From a virus (Duplodnaviria; Caudoviricetes), in the IMG/VR virus record IMGVR_UViG_3300035208_002115: DNA of 64,000 bases; one strand, given 5' to 3'. The notes under the pieces are model-generated. The model ran no database searches and was not told where the DNA came from. It saw nothing but the letters and a program-made list of their open reading frames with translations. Positions 50,692-59,714 of the stretch are shown piece by piece; the stretch's first letter is position 1; every line of letters starts with the position of its first letter. The translations under genes were made by a program, and so were the position numbers.

Positions 50692-51015
50692 ATGAAAAAA
50701 AGCAATTTTATATTATTATATACAAATGATATATTTTTAGGTTATATTGGGGTAAAAGAAAATGAACTTTTTGTAACAGACAATATTGAACTGGCCTATA
50801 CTAAAAGTAATACTTTTTATTTACATGATATTATTAAATCTGATATAAATTTTGTATTAGCTTCTCATGACAAATCAATTAAAGATATAAAAGGTTATAA
50901 GACATTTTACAGTTGTGTGAAAAGATATGGAGTAGAAACATTAGATGTTAAATTACTTAATTATAAAGAACTTAGAAAGTTGAAACTGCAAAAAATATTT
51001 GAGGATGAATTCTGA
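50692..51015 (+). CDS. Paralog array member 1
   Basis: FILLYTNDIFLGYI ... ELRKLKLQKIF. Confidence 0.6.
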   Translation: MKKSNFILLYTNDIFLGYIGVKENELFVTDNIELAYTKSNTFYLHDIIKSDINFVLASHDKSIKDIKGYKTFYSCVKRYGVETLDVKLLNYKELRKLKLQKIFEDEF

Positions 51016-51400
51016 AAGACAAAAAGAATATTATTTAGGAGTTTTTTATAAAGATATTTTTATAGCTTTTGTATCTCAACATAAGTACTATATAGATTTC
51101 GAAAAAGCTAAAGGTAATAGGGTATATAGATGGACAAATCGTTTAGATTACGCTCAAATTTATTGGTATTATGAAAGAGATGTTAATGATGATAATCAAT
51201 TTAATATAAGACAGTTAAAAGAATTCTATAATAAATCAATGGATGGTTATGCAGAATTATTAAGTCAGGATTATGATAGAAACAATGGCAGGTTGGTAGC
51301 ATTTTTAAGACCAAATTTTCATAATATTTGCCAAGACCAACTACATTTCAAGTATTTATCTAAACATGGTGTTAGACTTTTAAAACTTAAAGATTTTTAG
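50999..51400 (+). CDS. Paralog array member 2
   Basis: YLGVFYKDIFIAFV ... VRLLKLKDF. Confidence 0.6.
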   Translation: MRMNSERQKEYYLGVFYKDIFIAFVSQHKYYIDFEKAKGNRVYRWTNRLDYAQIYWYYERDVNDDNQFNIRQLKEFYNKSMDGYAELLSQDYDRNNGRLVAFLRPNFHNICQDQLHFKYLSKHGVRLLKLKDF

Positions 51401-51703
51401 TTGATGTATTATTTAACTATATATTATAAGGACGATTTTTTCGGTTTTGTTAATAGTAGAGATTTAGATGATATAAAAATATCTCAATGTCTGTCTGATG
51501 CACCAAAGTATGATATTGCCGAAGCCGAATTCGTTAAAGATTATATATGTACTGAATTTAAATATAACAGACCGATAGGAGAAGAATTGCAAGAAATTTG
51601 TGAAGATATATTTGAAGAATTCAACACAGAAGATTTTAATTTTAAAATAGAAAATCTACATGACGAAAGAAAAAATAAAATTTTAAGTATTTTAGAAGAA
51701 TAA
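51401..51703 (+). CDS. Paralog array member 3
   Basis: YLTIYYKDDFFGFV ... ERKNKILSIL. Confidence 0.6.
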   Translation: MMYYLTIYYKDDFFGFVNSRDLDDIKISQCLSDAPKYDIAEAEFVKDYICTEFKYNRPIGEELQEICEDIFEEFNTEDFNFKIENLHDERKNKILSILEE

Positions 51704-51705
51704 AT

Positions 51706-52008
51706 ATGTATCACTTAACATTTTTTGATTATAGTAATAAGTTTATTTGTTATCTAAAAGATATAGATGGGGATTTTATAACATTTACTTATGATTTTAA
51801 AGAAGCTGGACATTCTATTCATAAAGAGAATTTTAACTATATCGTGTCTTTAATAGGAGTTCAATGTTTACATAGCACATTAGAATATAGTAAAAGTTTT
51901 ATTACTAAAAAAGATTTCAAAACAATTGAGTCTGGGAGTTTTAAAACGAAAATATTGACAATTGGTGAAATACGAAAACTAAAAATAAAAAAAATATTTG
52001 AGAACTAA
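51706..52008 (+). CDS. Paralog array member 4
   Basis: HLTFFDYSNKFICYL ... IRKLKIKKIF. Confidence 0.6.
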   Translation: MYHLTFFDYSNKFICYLKDIDGDFITFTYDFKEAGHSIHKENFNYIVSLIGVQCLHSTLEYSKSFITKKDFKTIESGSFKTKILTIGEIRKLKIKKIFEN

Positions 52009-52403
52009 TGGGATATAAATGTGCTTTATATAGTTCTGATAGATTTGTTTGTTTTATAGCAAGCAATTGTGATTTAGTAAATAATAAAATTTATTTAACT
52101 CATGATTCGTTAGATGCATATTTTCTTTCAATTAATATATGGGAAAATGTCAATGATGACCATGATAAAATTATTAAAGAAAAAAATAAAGAATACTCAG
52201 CATATTTATTTGCTTTAAATTTTGTTCTTAAAAAAAATAATTATAAAATAAAAGAAGAATGTATCCGCAATTTAAATCCAGATTTTCGAGTAATTAAAGA
52301 TAAATTATATTACAAAAGTAAAAAATTAAGAAAATTAGAAATAAAATTATTGGATATTATTGATATTCGAATGCTTAAACTTCAGAGTATAATAGATGAC
52401 TGA
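52008..52403 (+). CDS. Paralog array member 5
   Basis: KCALYSSDRFVCFI ... IRMLKLQSII. Confidence 0.6.
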   Translation: MGYKCALYSSDRFVCFIASNCDLVNNKIYLTHDSLDAYFLSINIWENVNDDHDKIIKEKNKEYSAYLFALNFVLKKNNYKIKEECIRNLNPDFRVIKDKLYYKSKKLRKLEIKLLDIIDIRMLKLQSIIDD

Positions 52404-52794
52404 AAAGAAACTATATTATATAATTATTACCTATGAAGGTAAATTTGTATGTTTTGTTGCTAAACATAGTACATCAAATGGTAATATAAATTTCACTTAT
52501 AATATTGATGAAGCCAGAGTAAAAAATACTGAGTGGGGTAGATGGTTTTATAGACAATTTATAAAAAAAATTATAAACACTCTCAGGGATTTCGATGAAA
52601 TAATCGAACACCCAAACACTATTATAATGAAAGGTAAAACATTTGAGGATGTTCAATATATAAAAGATAAAAACACATTAACAAATATTAAAGAATTTTT
52701 TAATAATTATAATATAAAAAAACTTAGAGTGGAGTATGATATTACAAAGTATGATTTACGTAAATGGAAAATAATGGAAATTTTAGATGAATAA
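52396..52794 (+). CDS. Paralog array member 6
   Basis: YIIITYEGKFVCFV ... LRKWKIMEIL. Confidence 0.6.
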   Translation: MTEKKLYYIIITYEGKFVCFVAKHSTSNGNINFTYNIDEARVKNTEWGRWFYRQFIKKIINTLRDFDEIIEHPNTIIMKGKTFEDVQYIKDKNTLTNIKEFFNNYNIKKLRVEYDITKYDLRKWKIMEILDE

Positions 52795-53158
52795 TAAGTT
52801 TGTCGTATCATATCGAAATAAAGAAACTAACAAATTATTAGGTTTCATGTCTGTGAAAGCTGTTGTTTATCCAACCTATTATGGTGAAAAGATATCTGTA
52901 TGTCATGTTACAAAAAATGAAAATTTTATAGATGTTTATGTAGATGAAAAAACAGCATATAATGAGGGTCATAGAAATATTGAATGTCTTTTTAAATATG
53001 TGAATGTCTTTTTAATAAGAAAATATATTCCAAATAATATAGAAAGATTGTGGGAATTAGACTACTATTCTTTATCAAAATTTTCTATTGAAGTTCATAT
53101 AGTACCTTATAAACAGGCCATTCGATTGTTAAAGATAGAAGAATTAGAAATAATTTGA
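52787..53158 (+). CDS. Paralog array member 7
   Basis: FVVSYRNKETNKLLGFM ... IRLLKIEEL. Confidence 0.6.
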   Translation: MNNKFVVSYRNKETNKLLGFMSVKAVVYPTYYGEKISVCHVTKNENFIDVYVDEKTAYNEGHRNIECLFKYVNVFLIRKYIPNNIERLWELDYYSLSKFSIEVHIVPYKQAIRLLKIEELEII

Positions 53159-53160
53159 TA

Positions 53161-54684
53161 TTATAATTTTGATAATCTACCTAATACGGTTTGTTTTTGG
53201 TCATTATAAGTATCTTGTTTTTTTATCTCAGCAGTGAAACTAACAACACTACCAACAACGACTTCTTCTCCATTAACTAAGAATTTATCTGGTATATCAC
53301 CAAATCTGGTAAATTGGTTGCCGTTCTCATCTTCTAATTTGAAAATAGATACCCAACCCCATTGACCATCATAACCAGAAACGTGTACAATTTTAAGATT
53401 ATCAAGTTTTATTTTTTCACCAATATTACCGACCCAATTAGATTCTTTTTTTGCTTCTTTAGTACGATTTTTAAATTCTTCATAGGATAATTTACCTTGT
53501 AACATAGAACACGCACCTATAATATAACTTATATATTTGAAACTAACGACACCATTTTTTATGAAATTTTGAATATTGAAAAGAAAATTGTTGGTTTTAT
53601 ATTCGGTCTCAACAAAATCAACTAATTTATTATAAAAATCATTATTTTCTTTTGAAACTACATCATTTACCATAGCTACTTCTTCAGCCCATGATTCATA
53701 TCCGTTTTTAGTTCTTGGTGGCTGTGAATTCACATATGATAATGTGCTTGATACTATACTACCAGTTGATGTAACCATGTTTTGTTCTGACCCAGCTTCC
53801 GATTTTTCTGCTCTATCTGCATTTATTTTCTCAGCTCCACTCTTAGATATATAACCATGTTTTTTAACATATCCTGAGAAATATTTGACACAATCTATAA
53901 TATCAACTTCGGTTTCAATATGTCTACCTCGACCACCATCATAACCACCTTCATATTCATCGAACATATCACTTGACATGCTGTTGAAATCATCCATGAA
54001 TATTTTTAAGTCTGATAAATAATTTAAAATATGTTCATATTTATATCCAAGATAATATTTGATACAAGAACCGCCAACTCGAATAGTCTTATCATCTTCT
54101 AAATTCTTAATATAAACAGTTTTGTTCCTTGTTCTTTCAGTGTTACAATGGTCACATGTACAGGAAGTATGTAGATTAGACGGTATCAACTCAAAAGGTA
54201 TTTGTTGATTAGGTGCAGCTTTTATTATACCATCAATATGGTCTATAACTCCCAAAATAACCCATTTGTCTTGTGGTTTTATCTCTGATACCAATTCAAT
54301 GGTTTTGGGAAAAACTTCTGTGGAAACCACTTGATAATTACTTTTCGGTGATTTCACCGTGTATTCGGTTTTAAAATCTGATGCTTTTTTATCATCATCA
54401 GTTAGTGTTTCTTTATAAAATTGAGTTTTATTATCTAAATTGTCGTCTAAATAAACCTTAGATAAAATATAATATTTTTTTGGTGGTAAATCTTTTACTA
54501 TTGGCATCGGCAAACCAATTTGTTTGGAATACCTTTTTATATTTTTTATTAATTTTTCAAAAGTGGATAATTTGTTTTGTGAAAGTTCGATATCAAACTT
54601 ATTTATATCATAAGAAAGTTTAACATCCGTCTTATTATCGGCTGGTTCTAAATTTTCTGTGACAAATGATTTATAATCTTTCAT
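53161..54684 (-). CDS. CTS-tagged protein with Zn motif and C-terminal OB-fold-like domain
   Basis: Starts MKDYKSFVTE; CDHC...R.R..T...VG..C; WVG.IGEK...G.WG...FKL.D..GN...FTAEIK...Y...KQT.L.R; TAATATATA at 54749-54757. Confidence 0.55.
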   Translation of the reverse strand: MKDYKSFVTENLEPADNKTDVKLSYDINKFDIELSQNKLSTFEKLIKNIKRYSKQIGLPMPIVKDLPPKKYYILSKVYLDDNLDNKTQFYKETLTDDDKKASDFKTEYTVKSPKSNYQVVSTEVFPKTIELVSEIKPQDKWVILGVIDHIDGIIKAAPNQQIPFELIPSNLHTSCTCDHCNTERTRNKTVYIKNLEDDKTIRVGGSCIKYYLGYKYEHILNYLSDLKIFMDDFNSMSSDMFDEYEGGYDGGRGRHIETEVDIIDCVKYFSGYVKKHGYISKSGAEKINADRAEKSEAGSEQNMVTSTGSIVSSTLSYVNSQPPRTKNGYESWAEEVAMVNDVVSKENNDFYNKLVDFVETEYKTNNFLFNIQNFIKNGVVSFKYISYIIGACSMLQGKLSYEEFKNRTKEAKKESNWVGNIGEKIKLDNLKIVHVSGYDGQWGWVSIFKLEDENGNQFTRFGDIPDKFLVNGEEVVVGSVVSFTAEIKKQDTYNDQKQTVLGRLSKL

Positions 54685-54856
54685 ATTGTATAATTTATAC
54701 TACAAAATAACCAATATTTTATTAGATAAAAAAATCCTGATTATACATTATATATTATTTTTTAATAAAAAAGTATCATGGTTTTGGAAATATGCTATTT
54801 TTTTTGTAATTTTATTCAAAAATTTTCGTATTTGAATATAAACGAAAATTTTTGTT

Positions 54857-55138
54857 ATGGATATTGAACTTCAAAATAATCTTGTTTATAAACCCATTAA
54901 AACAAAGAAGGAATTACGAGAATATATTTTAAATTTAATTTTCGACAGTCAACTTGATAAAGTCGTTTATAAGGGAATTCCACAGGAGATTAATTATAAA
55001 ATGCTGAAAAAGATTCTTGTATCTAAAGAAGAAATTAAAACAACGAAAAGATATATTAATCCTGATATAGTAAGGAATGAATATTATGATATAATAAAAC
55101 GATGCGACATGCCGTATTGTGTTATAATGAAAAAATAA
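54857..55138 (+). CDS. Hypothetical protein
   Basis: 93-aa ORF before the resolvase. Confidence 0.5.
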   Translation: MDIELQNNLVYKPIKTKKELREYILNLIFDSQLDKVVYKGIPQEINYKMLKKILVSKEEIKTTKRYINPDIVRNEYYDIIKRCDMPYCVIMKK

Positions 55139-55148
55139 TTCACTATGA

Positions 55149-55847
55149 ATGAACAAAATTGGATTAGATATATCGTTATCATCAACTGCAATTTGTATAA
55201 AAAATGGTAATACTGTTAAATTATTTAATTATACTACTACCAAATCGAATAATATATGGGTAAAAACGATTGAAAAAGAAGTTTGTTTTAGATTTTTAAA
55301 TAAAAAAGAAGACGTTGAAAAATATTCCGAAAGAGAAATAAATAAATTAAAAGATTTCGAAGAATATTCGGATTTAATTTTAGATGATATATTGAATAAC
55401 ATTGACCCTCATCAAGACACCATTGTAAATATTGAAGGGTATTCTTTTAATAATAAAAATACAAATTCTTTGATAGATATAGTTGGTTTTTCAACTTTAA
55501 TAAGACAAAAAATTTTAATTAGAATACCCAAGGTACATATCGAAATAATATCTCCCAACACCGTCAAATTACAAACTTGTATTAATACTTATGGTTATAT
55601 ACCAGCACCAATAGGTAAGAAGGGTCAAACACTAAAAGACCCTATGATATCAATGAGTCCAAATGGTGTTAAAGGTGGGGATTTTGAAAAATCAGATATG
55701 TTAATTGCTATGCTTGATGCAAACATTCAAAGTCCCATATTATATTATGTAACTTTAAATAAGAGTATATTACTTGGTTCGAAGAAAATACCTAAACCGT
55801 TTGATGATTTAATAGATTCAATACATATTATGACTTTAGTTGTCTAA
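55149..55847 (+). CDS. RuvC-like Holliday junction resolvase (RNase H fold)
   Basis: IGLDISLSSTAIC, IEGYSF, SP.TVK, K.DM, DDLIDS acidic set. Confidence 0.75.
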   Translation: MNKIGLDISLSSTAICIKNGNTVKLFNYTTTKSNNIWVKTIEKEVCFRFLNKKEDVEKYSEREINKLKDFEEYSDLILDDILNNIDPHQDTIVNIEGYSFNNKNTNSLIDIVGFSTLIRQKILIRIPKVHIEIISPNTVKLQTCINTYGYIPAPIGKKGQTLKDPMISMSPNGVKGGDFEKSDMLIAMLDANIQSPILYYVTLNKSILLGSKKIPKPFDDLIDSIHIMTLVV

Positions 55848-56059
55848 AACATATATGGTTTATATCCGAGTGTTTCTTCTATAAAAACTTTTGCATCAAC
55901 AAAATTAACTTCTTTGTAACCAAATTCTTTTACACAAGAACTACATTCTTGTGATATCATGTCTACTTTAGTTTTATGGTGACCGTACTTCCTACCACAA
56001 CTTGGACAAGCGATTTCTTTAATAGGAACACCATAAATTTTATCAATATTATCATACAT
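55844..56059 (-). CDS. Small Zn-finger protein
   Basis: CPSCG...CSSC; TATATTTG box upstream (56105-56112, minus strand). Confidence 0.5.
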   Translation of the reverse strand: MYDNIDKIYGVPIKEIACPSCGRKYGHHKTKVDMISQECSSCVKEFGYKEVNFVDAKVFIEETLGYKPYMF

Positions 56060-56128
56060 AATTATGATTTTTATCAGTGATTAATATCATCGGTTAATGT
56101 ATTGCAAATATATTAAAATGTTTTATTT

Positions 56129-56344
56129 TTGAAACGGATAAATAATTTTATCGATATGAATTCGTTGAGATGTATTTTATTTAATGACCATAAAATTATT
56201 GAAAGAAAAATTATAGGGGATGATGGAAACACCAATTTTCTCTATTGTTGTTCAAGATGTGGTAAAGAAGAAAAGGATATTATATCAAATTATAATAATC
56301 TTCCAATAGAAGAAATATTAAAATTAATAAAAAAAACAATCTAA
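56129..56344 (+). CDS. Small Zn-binding protein (DUF1660-like)
   Basis: LRCILFNDHK...CSRCGK. Confidence 0.4.
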   Translation: MKRINNFIDMNSLRCILFNDHKIIERKIIGDDGNTNFLYCCSRCGKEEKDIISNYNNLPIEEILKLIKKTI

Positions 56345-56379
56345 AATTTAATTACTTTAATTATTATTTCATTATTTTT

Positions 56380-56766
56380 GTGGTAATAAAAACGAAGATG
56401 ATGAAAAAAAATTCACTTCCCACTTTATTATTGTTTATTATATTAACATTAATATTGAGTTGCCGTTCTACACGGATTTCAAATCATAGAGAAATAGAAG
56501 TTGTTATTTTACCAGACACAACACCAAAAATAATTTGTGATACATTGGATGCTGGTCGTGTAAAATTGACTTCAATCTTTGGTGGATACTGGAATGATAC
56601 TATAACAACAACTTTTATAATGACTGAAAATTATACCTTATCTATTCGGGGTAGTTATAATGTACCTGATAGTGTACAATCTTATATTTTTATTTTTGAT
56701 AACGACAGAAGAACTGCATGTTTTACATGGGATGGGAATACAACATTACATAAAATATTAAAATAA
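56380..56766 (+). CDS. Putative lipoprotein
   Basis: Hydrophobic signal ending LILS-C; start probably MMKKN. Confidence 0.5.
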   Translation: MVIKTKMMKKNSLPTLLLFIILTLILSCRSTRISNHREIEVVILPDTTPKIICDTLDAGRVKLTSIFGGYWNDTITTTFIMTENYTLSIRGSYNVPDSVQSYIFIFDNDRRTACFTWDGNTTLHKILK

Positions 56767-56774
56767 ATAATCAT

Positions 56775-58697
56775 ATGACAAGAGAAGAACAAAAACAGTG
56801 GATTATAGACAGAGATAGAGAATATCGTAGTGGTAATACAACAGTGTCCGACCCAGAATACGATGAAGTGTATTACGATTTTGTCAAAAAATATCCAGAT
56901 GATGAGGATATAACACTTGATGGTGTTATAGAGCAACCATTAGAAGATGCCGAATTACTTCCGATTAAAATGTATTCTTTGGAAAAGGAACATAGTATAG
57001 ATGAAATTAAAACGTGGTGTAGAAATAAAGGTATACCAGAAGATACTATATTCACTGCCACTGGAAAGTATGATGGTTTATCTCTTTGTACAAGAGAACT
57101 TATTATAAAATGCTGGACAAGGGGTAAAGGAATCTACGGGGAAATTAAAGATGAACATTTTTTAATAATTAAAACAGGTAAAACCGCTGCCGAATTCATA
57201 ACGGATAATGATGTCACATACGGTGAATGTATAATTACTAAAAAGGATTGGAAAGAGAATTTTGAAGGAAAACTAAATCCGAGAGATGGTAAGCCATTTA
57301 AAGCAGCCAGAAATACAATTGCTGGTCAAATAAACACAAAGAAATCAATAAACCAAGAACTTCTTAAATATGGAACTTATGTTCGTTATGGAATAGAGAG
57401 TATCGAAGGTTCTCATATGAACAAATCTGACCAATTGGATTTAGTAAACCAGATGAATGAAATACCAGTTCATTATGAATTGATGAATATGGATGACTTC
57501 ACGCTTGAAAATTTCAATAATCTGTACAATAAAATAAGCGAGACATTTGAAATAGATGGGTTGGTTATTGAAATCGATGATTATAATCTACGGGAAGAAC
57601 TGGGTAGAGAAAGAAATAATAACCCTGCATATGCTCGTGCATTGAAACTACCAGAATGGTCTACGAAAGTTAAAGTGCCATGTTTATCATTAAGACTTGG
57701 TGTTTCTAAACAAGGTAAAATTAAACCAGTTGCCCAGATTGAACCCACAATAATAACTAATGTTGAGGTTTCAAATTTCACTTGTTACAATATGAACTAT
57801 GTGTTTGAAAATAATATTGCTGCTGGTTCATTTGTCGAAATAACCCGTTCGGGTGATGTAATACCTAAACATCTGAAAACGTTCACTCATAACCAAAGTG
57901 AGATTGATAAATTAAGAGAACAACTTAAAAAGTGTCCATGTTGTGGTTCAGATACTTACTGGGACGACACCCACACTGAACTTATGTGTAATAATTTAAA
58001 ATGTCCAGAACGTTTGCTTAATAAACAAATTTCTTTTTTCACCAATATAAAGATTGATAATTTCGGAGAAAAAGAAATTGAAAAGTTATTCAATGCTGGA
58101 TATGATACTCCGAAAAAATTACTGGAAATCACATATGATGAGTTGTATAAATTCGATGGTTGGGCTGATAAATCTATAACAAAATTATTAAGTCAATTTG
58201 ATAAATTACACCGTGAGGGTTTACCTTTAGCGAAAATAATTCATGCACTCGATTTATTTGAAGGTAAACTTGGTGAGAAAGATTCCCAGAGAATATTTGA
58301 TAATTTTAAAGGTGATTTTGATGACCCAAATATTATTGAACAATTATGTGAAATAGAAGGTATTGGCGAAATAAAAGCTAAAGCTTTTTATGTTGGTCTC
58401 AAAGAATATAATCTTTATCATCAGGACTTACCCATTAAAGTATCTTACGCTGAATCACCTAAAATGGAATTGAAAAGTAATAAATATGAAGGTTTCAATA
58501 TCTGTATGACGGGGTTCAGAGATGCAGAACTCGCTAAAATGATTAAAGAAAATGGTGGTGTGTATACTGATGGTGTATCCAAAAAAACCACACATCTTTT
58601 AGTTAAAGATAAAAATAGTGGGTCAGGAAAATTGGAAAAGGCTACAAACATGGGTATTCCAATTTTATACAAAGAAGAATTTTTAGAAAATTATTAA
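56775..58697 (+). CDS. ligA: NAD+-dependent DNA ligase
   Basis: Y..G...SDPEYD, MYSLEK, KYDG, TRG.G..GE, RN..AG, IDGLV, RSGDVIP, CPCCG Zn finger, HhH and BRCT (TG...GG...VSKKT..L). Confidence 0.95.
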   Translation: MTREEQKQWIIDRDREYRSGNTTVSDPEYDEVYYDFVKKYPDDEDITLDGVIEQPLEDAELLPIKMYSLEKEHSIDEIKTWCRNKGIPEDTIFTATGKYDGLSLCTRELIIKCWTRGKGIYGEIKDEHFLIIKTGKTAAEFITDNDVTYGECIITKKDWKENFEGKLNPRDGKPFKAARNTIAGQINTKKSINQELLKYGTYVRYGIESIEGSHMNKSDQLDLVNQMNEIPVHYELMNMDDFTLENFNNLYNKISETFEIDGLVIEIDDYNLREELGRERNNNPAYARALKLPEWSTKVKVPCLSLRLGVSKQGKIKPVAQIEPTIITNVEVSNFTCYNMNYVFENNIAAGSFVEITRSGDVIPKHLKTFTHNQSEIDKLREQLKKCPCCGSDTYWDDTHTELMCNNLKCPERLLNKQISFFTNIKIDNFGEKEIEKLFNAGYDTPKKLLEITYDELYKFDGWADKSITKLLSQFDKLHREGLPLAKIIHALDLFEGKLGEKDSQRIFDNFKGDFDDPNIIEQLCEIEGIGEIKAKAFYVGLKEYNLYHQDLPIKVSYAESPKMELKSNKYEGFNICMTGFRDAELAKMIKENGGVYTDGVSKKTTHLLVKDKNSGSGKLEKATNMGIPILYKEEFLENY

Positions 58698-58707
58698 CAT
58701 AATCAAA

Positions 58708-59025
58708 ATGAAAATAATTATATCACAACAATCAACCGAATTAGCTACACAATATCTTAAAGAAGAAATAGGAAAAATAGTAAGTGTTAATAAAGAAAAA
58801 ATATCTTGTGTTGAATCAAGCGCACTACTTTGTTCATTTTTACTTGATGAATTAGTAAGTTTTAAAAAACCTTCTAATGGTAATACTTATAAAACTGGAG
58901 TTATATACAATTTGGGTGTATATGTCAATTTGTTACAAAGATGGGATGATTATTTTATTTATCTTAAAAATGGTGACGACTTAATTGAAACGGTTGAAGT
59001 GATAAACGCTGAAATATTAATTTAA
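58708..59025 (+). CDS. Hypothetical protein
   Basis: 105-aa ORF. Confidence 0.5.
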   Translation: MKIIISQQSTELATQYLKEEIGKIVSVNKEKISCVESSALLCSFLLDELVSFKKPSNGNTYKTGVIYNLGVYVNLLQRWDDYFIYLKNGDDLIETVEVINAEILI

Positions 59026-59047
59026 TCTCAAAATAAAAACAATTGTT

Positions 59048-59320
59048 ATGAAAAATTCGAATTACAAAATCGTGGAATTATCCGAAAACAAAAAGAAAAA
59101 ACCTTTTAAATTTTACATCCCATTATACAATGGTGAATTCCAGACTGAGAAGTTTGATGATGCTACACCTTTTAAAGATGAATTACCAGAAGGTTTTAAA
59201 CCAATTTTAACAAAAAAAGAATGTTTTTCTAAGAAGAAAGCAAAAAAAGCAATCAGACTACACAATAAATTATTGAAAAGAGAATCTTGTGATACAGTAA
59301 CAAAGGTTATTAGTTATTAA
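59048..59320 (+). CDS. Hypothetical basic protein
   Basis: 90-aa ORF. Confidence 0.5.
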   Translation: MKNSNYKIVELSENKKKKPFKFYIPLYNGEFQTEKFDDATPFKDELPEGFKPILTKKECFSKKKAKKAIRLHNKLLKRESCDTVTKVISY

Positions 59321-59340
59321 TAAATTTTTAGTATATAATT

Positions 59341-59371
59341 ATGTTTGGGACACTAAAAGTTACCCAAACAT
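59341..59371. terminator. Hairpin (possible terminator)
   Basis: ATGTTTGGG-13 nt-CCCAAACAT in intergenic DNA. Confidence 0.4.
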
Positions 59372-59408
59372 AATTTATTATACTTTAGATTAACATAAAA
59401 AATATTTA

Positions 59409-59714
59409 ATGTGTTATTCTGGTAAGTGTATATGGGAAACTTATGAGGGAGATTGTGGGTATCCACTATCTAATTACAGATTTTTAAAAATATTTCCCAA
59501 GACACTTTGTTATACTGGTGAAGATGGTGAAGGTTCATATTATGTTAATAAAGTTAAGATAGCAGTTGATTGTTGGAAACAAATTTGTCGTCTTAAAATA
59601 ACCCAGATAACAGAACAAGAAATTATAATCAAACAAGCTGAAAGAAAATTAAAACTACTAAATATATTCTCAGATGAGCAAAATGACAATCGAACTTCAA
59701 GAAGAAATAAATAA
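59409..59714 (+). CDS. Cys-containing hypothetical protein with RKLKLLNIF tag
   Basis: MCYSGKC.WE...GDC; shared C-terminal motif. Confidence 0.5.
   Translation: MCYSGKCIWETYEGDCGYPLSNYRFLKIFPKTLCYTGEDGEGSYYVNKVKIAVDCWKQICRLKITQITEQEIIIKQAERKLKLLNIFSDEQNDNRTSRRNK

Noticed and set aside
55149-55847. RuvC-fold protein as a Cas12/TnpB-type effector for the array
   Set aside because: Only 232 aa, RuvC starts at residue 1, no recognition lobe or Zn ribbon, and 13 kb from the array; it fits a stand-alone resolvase.
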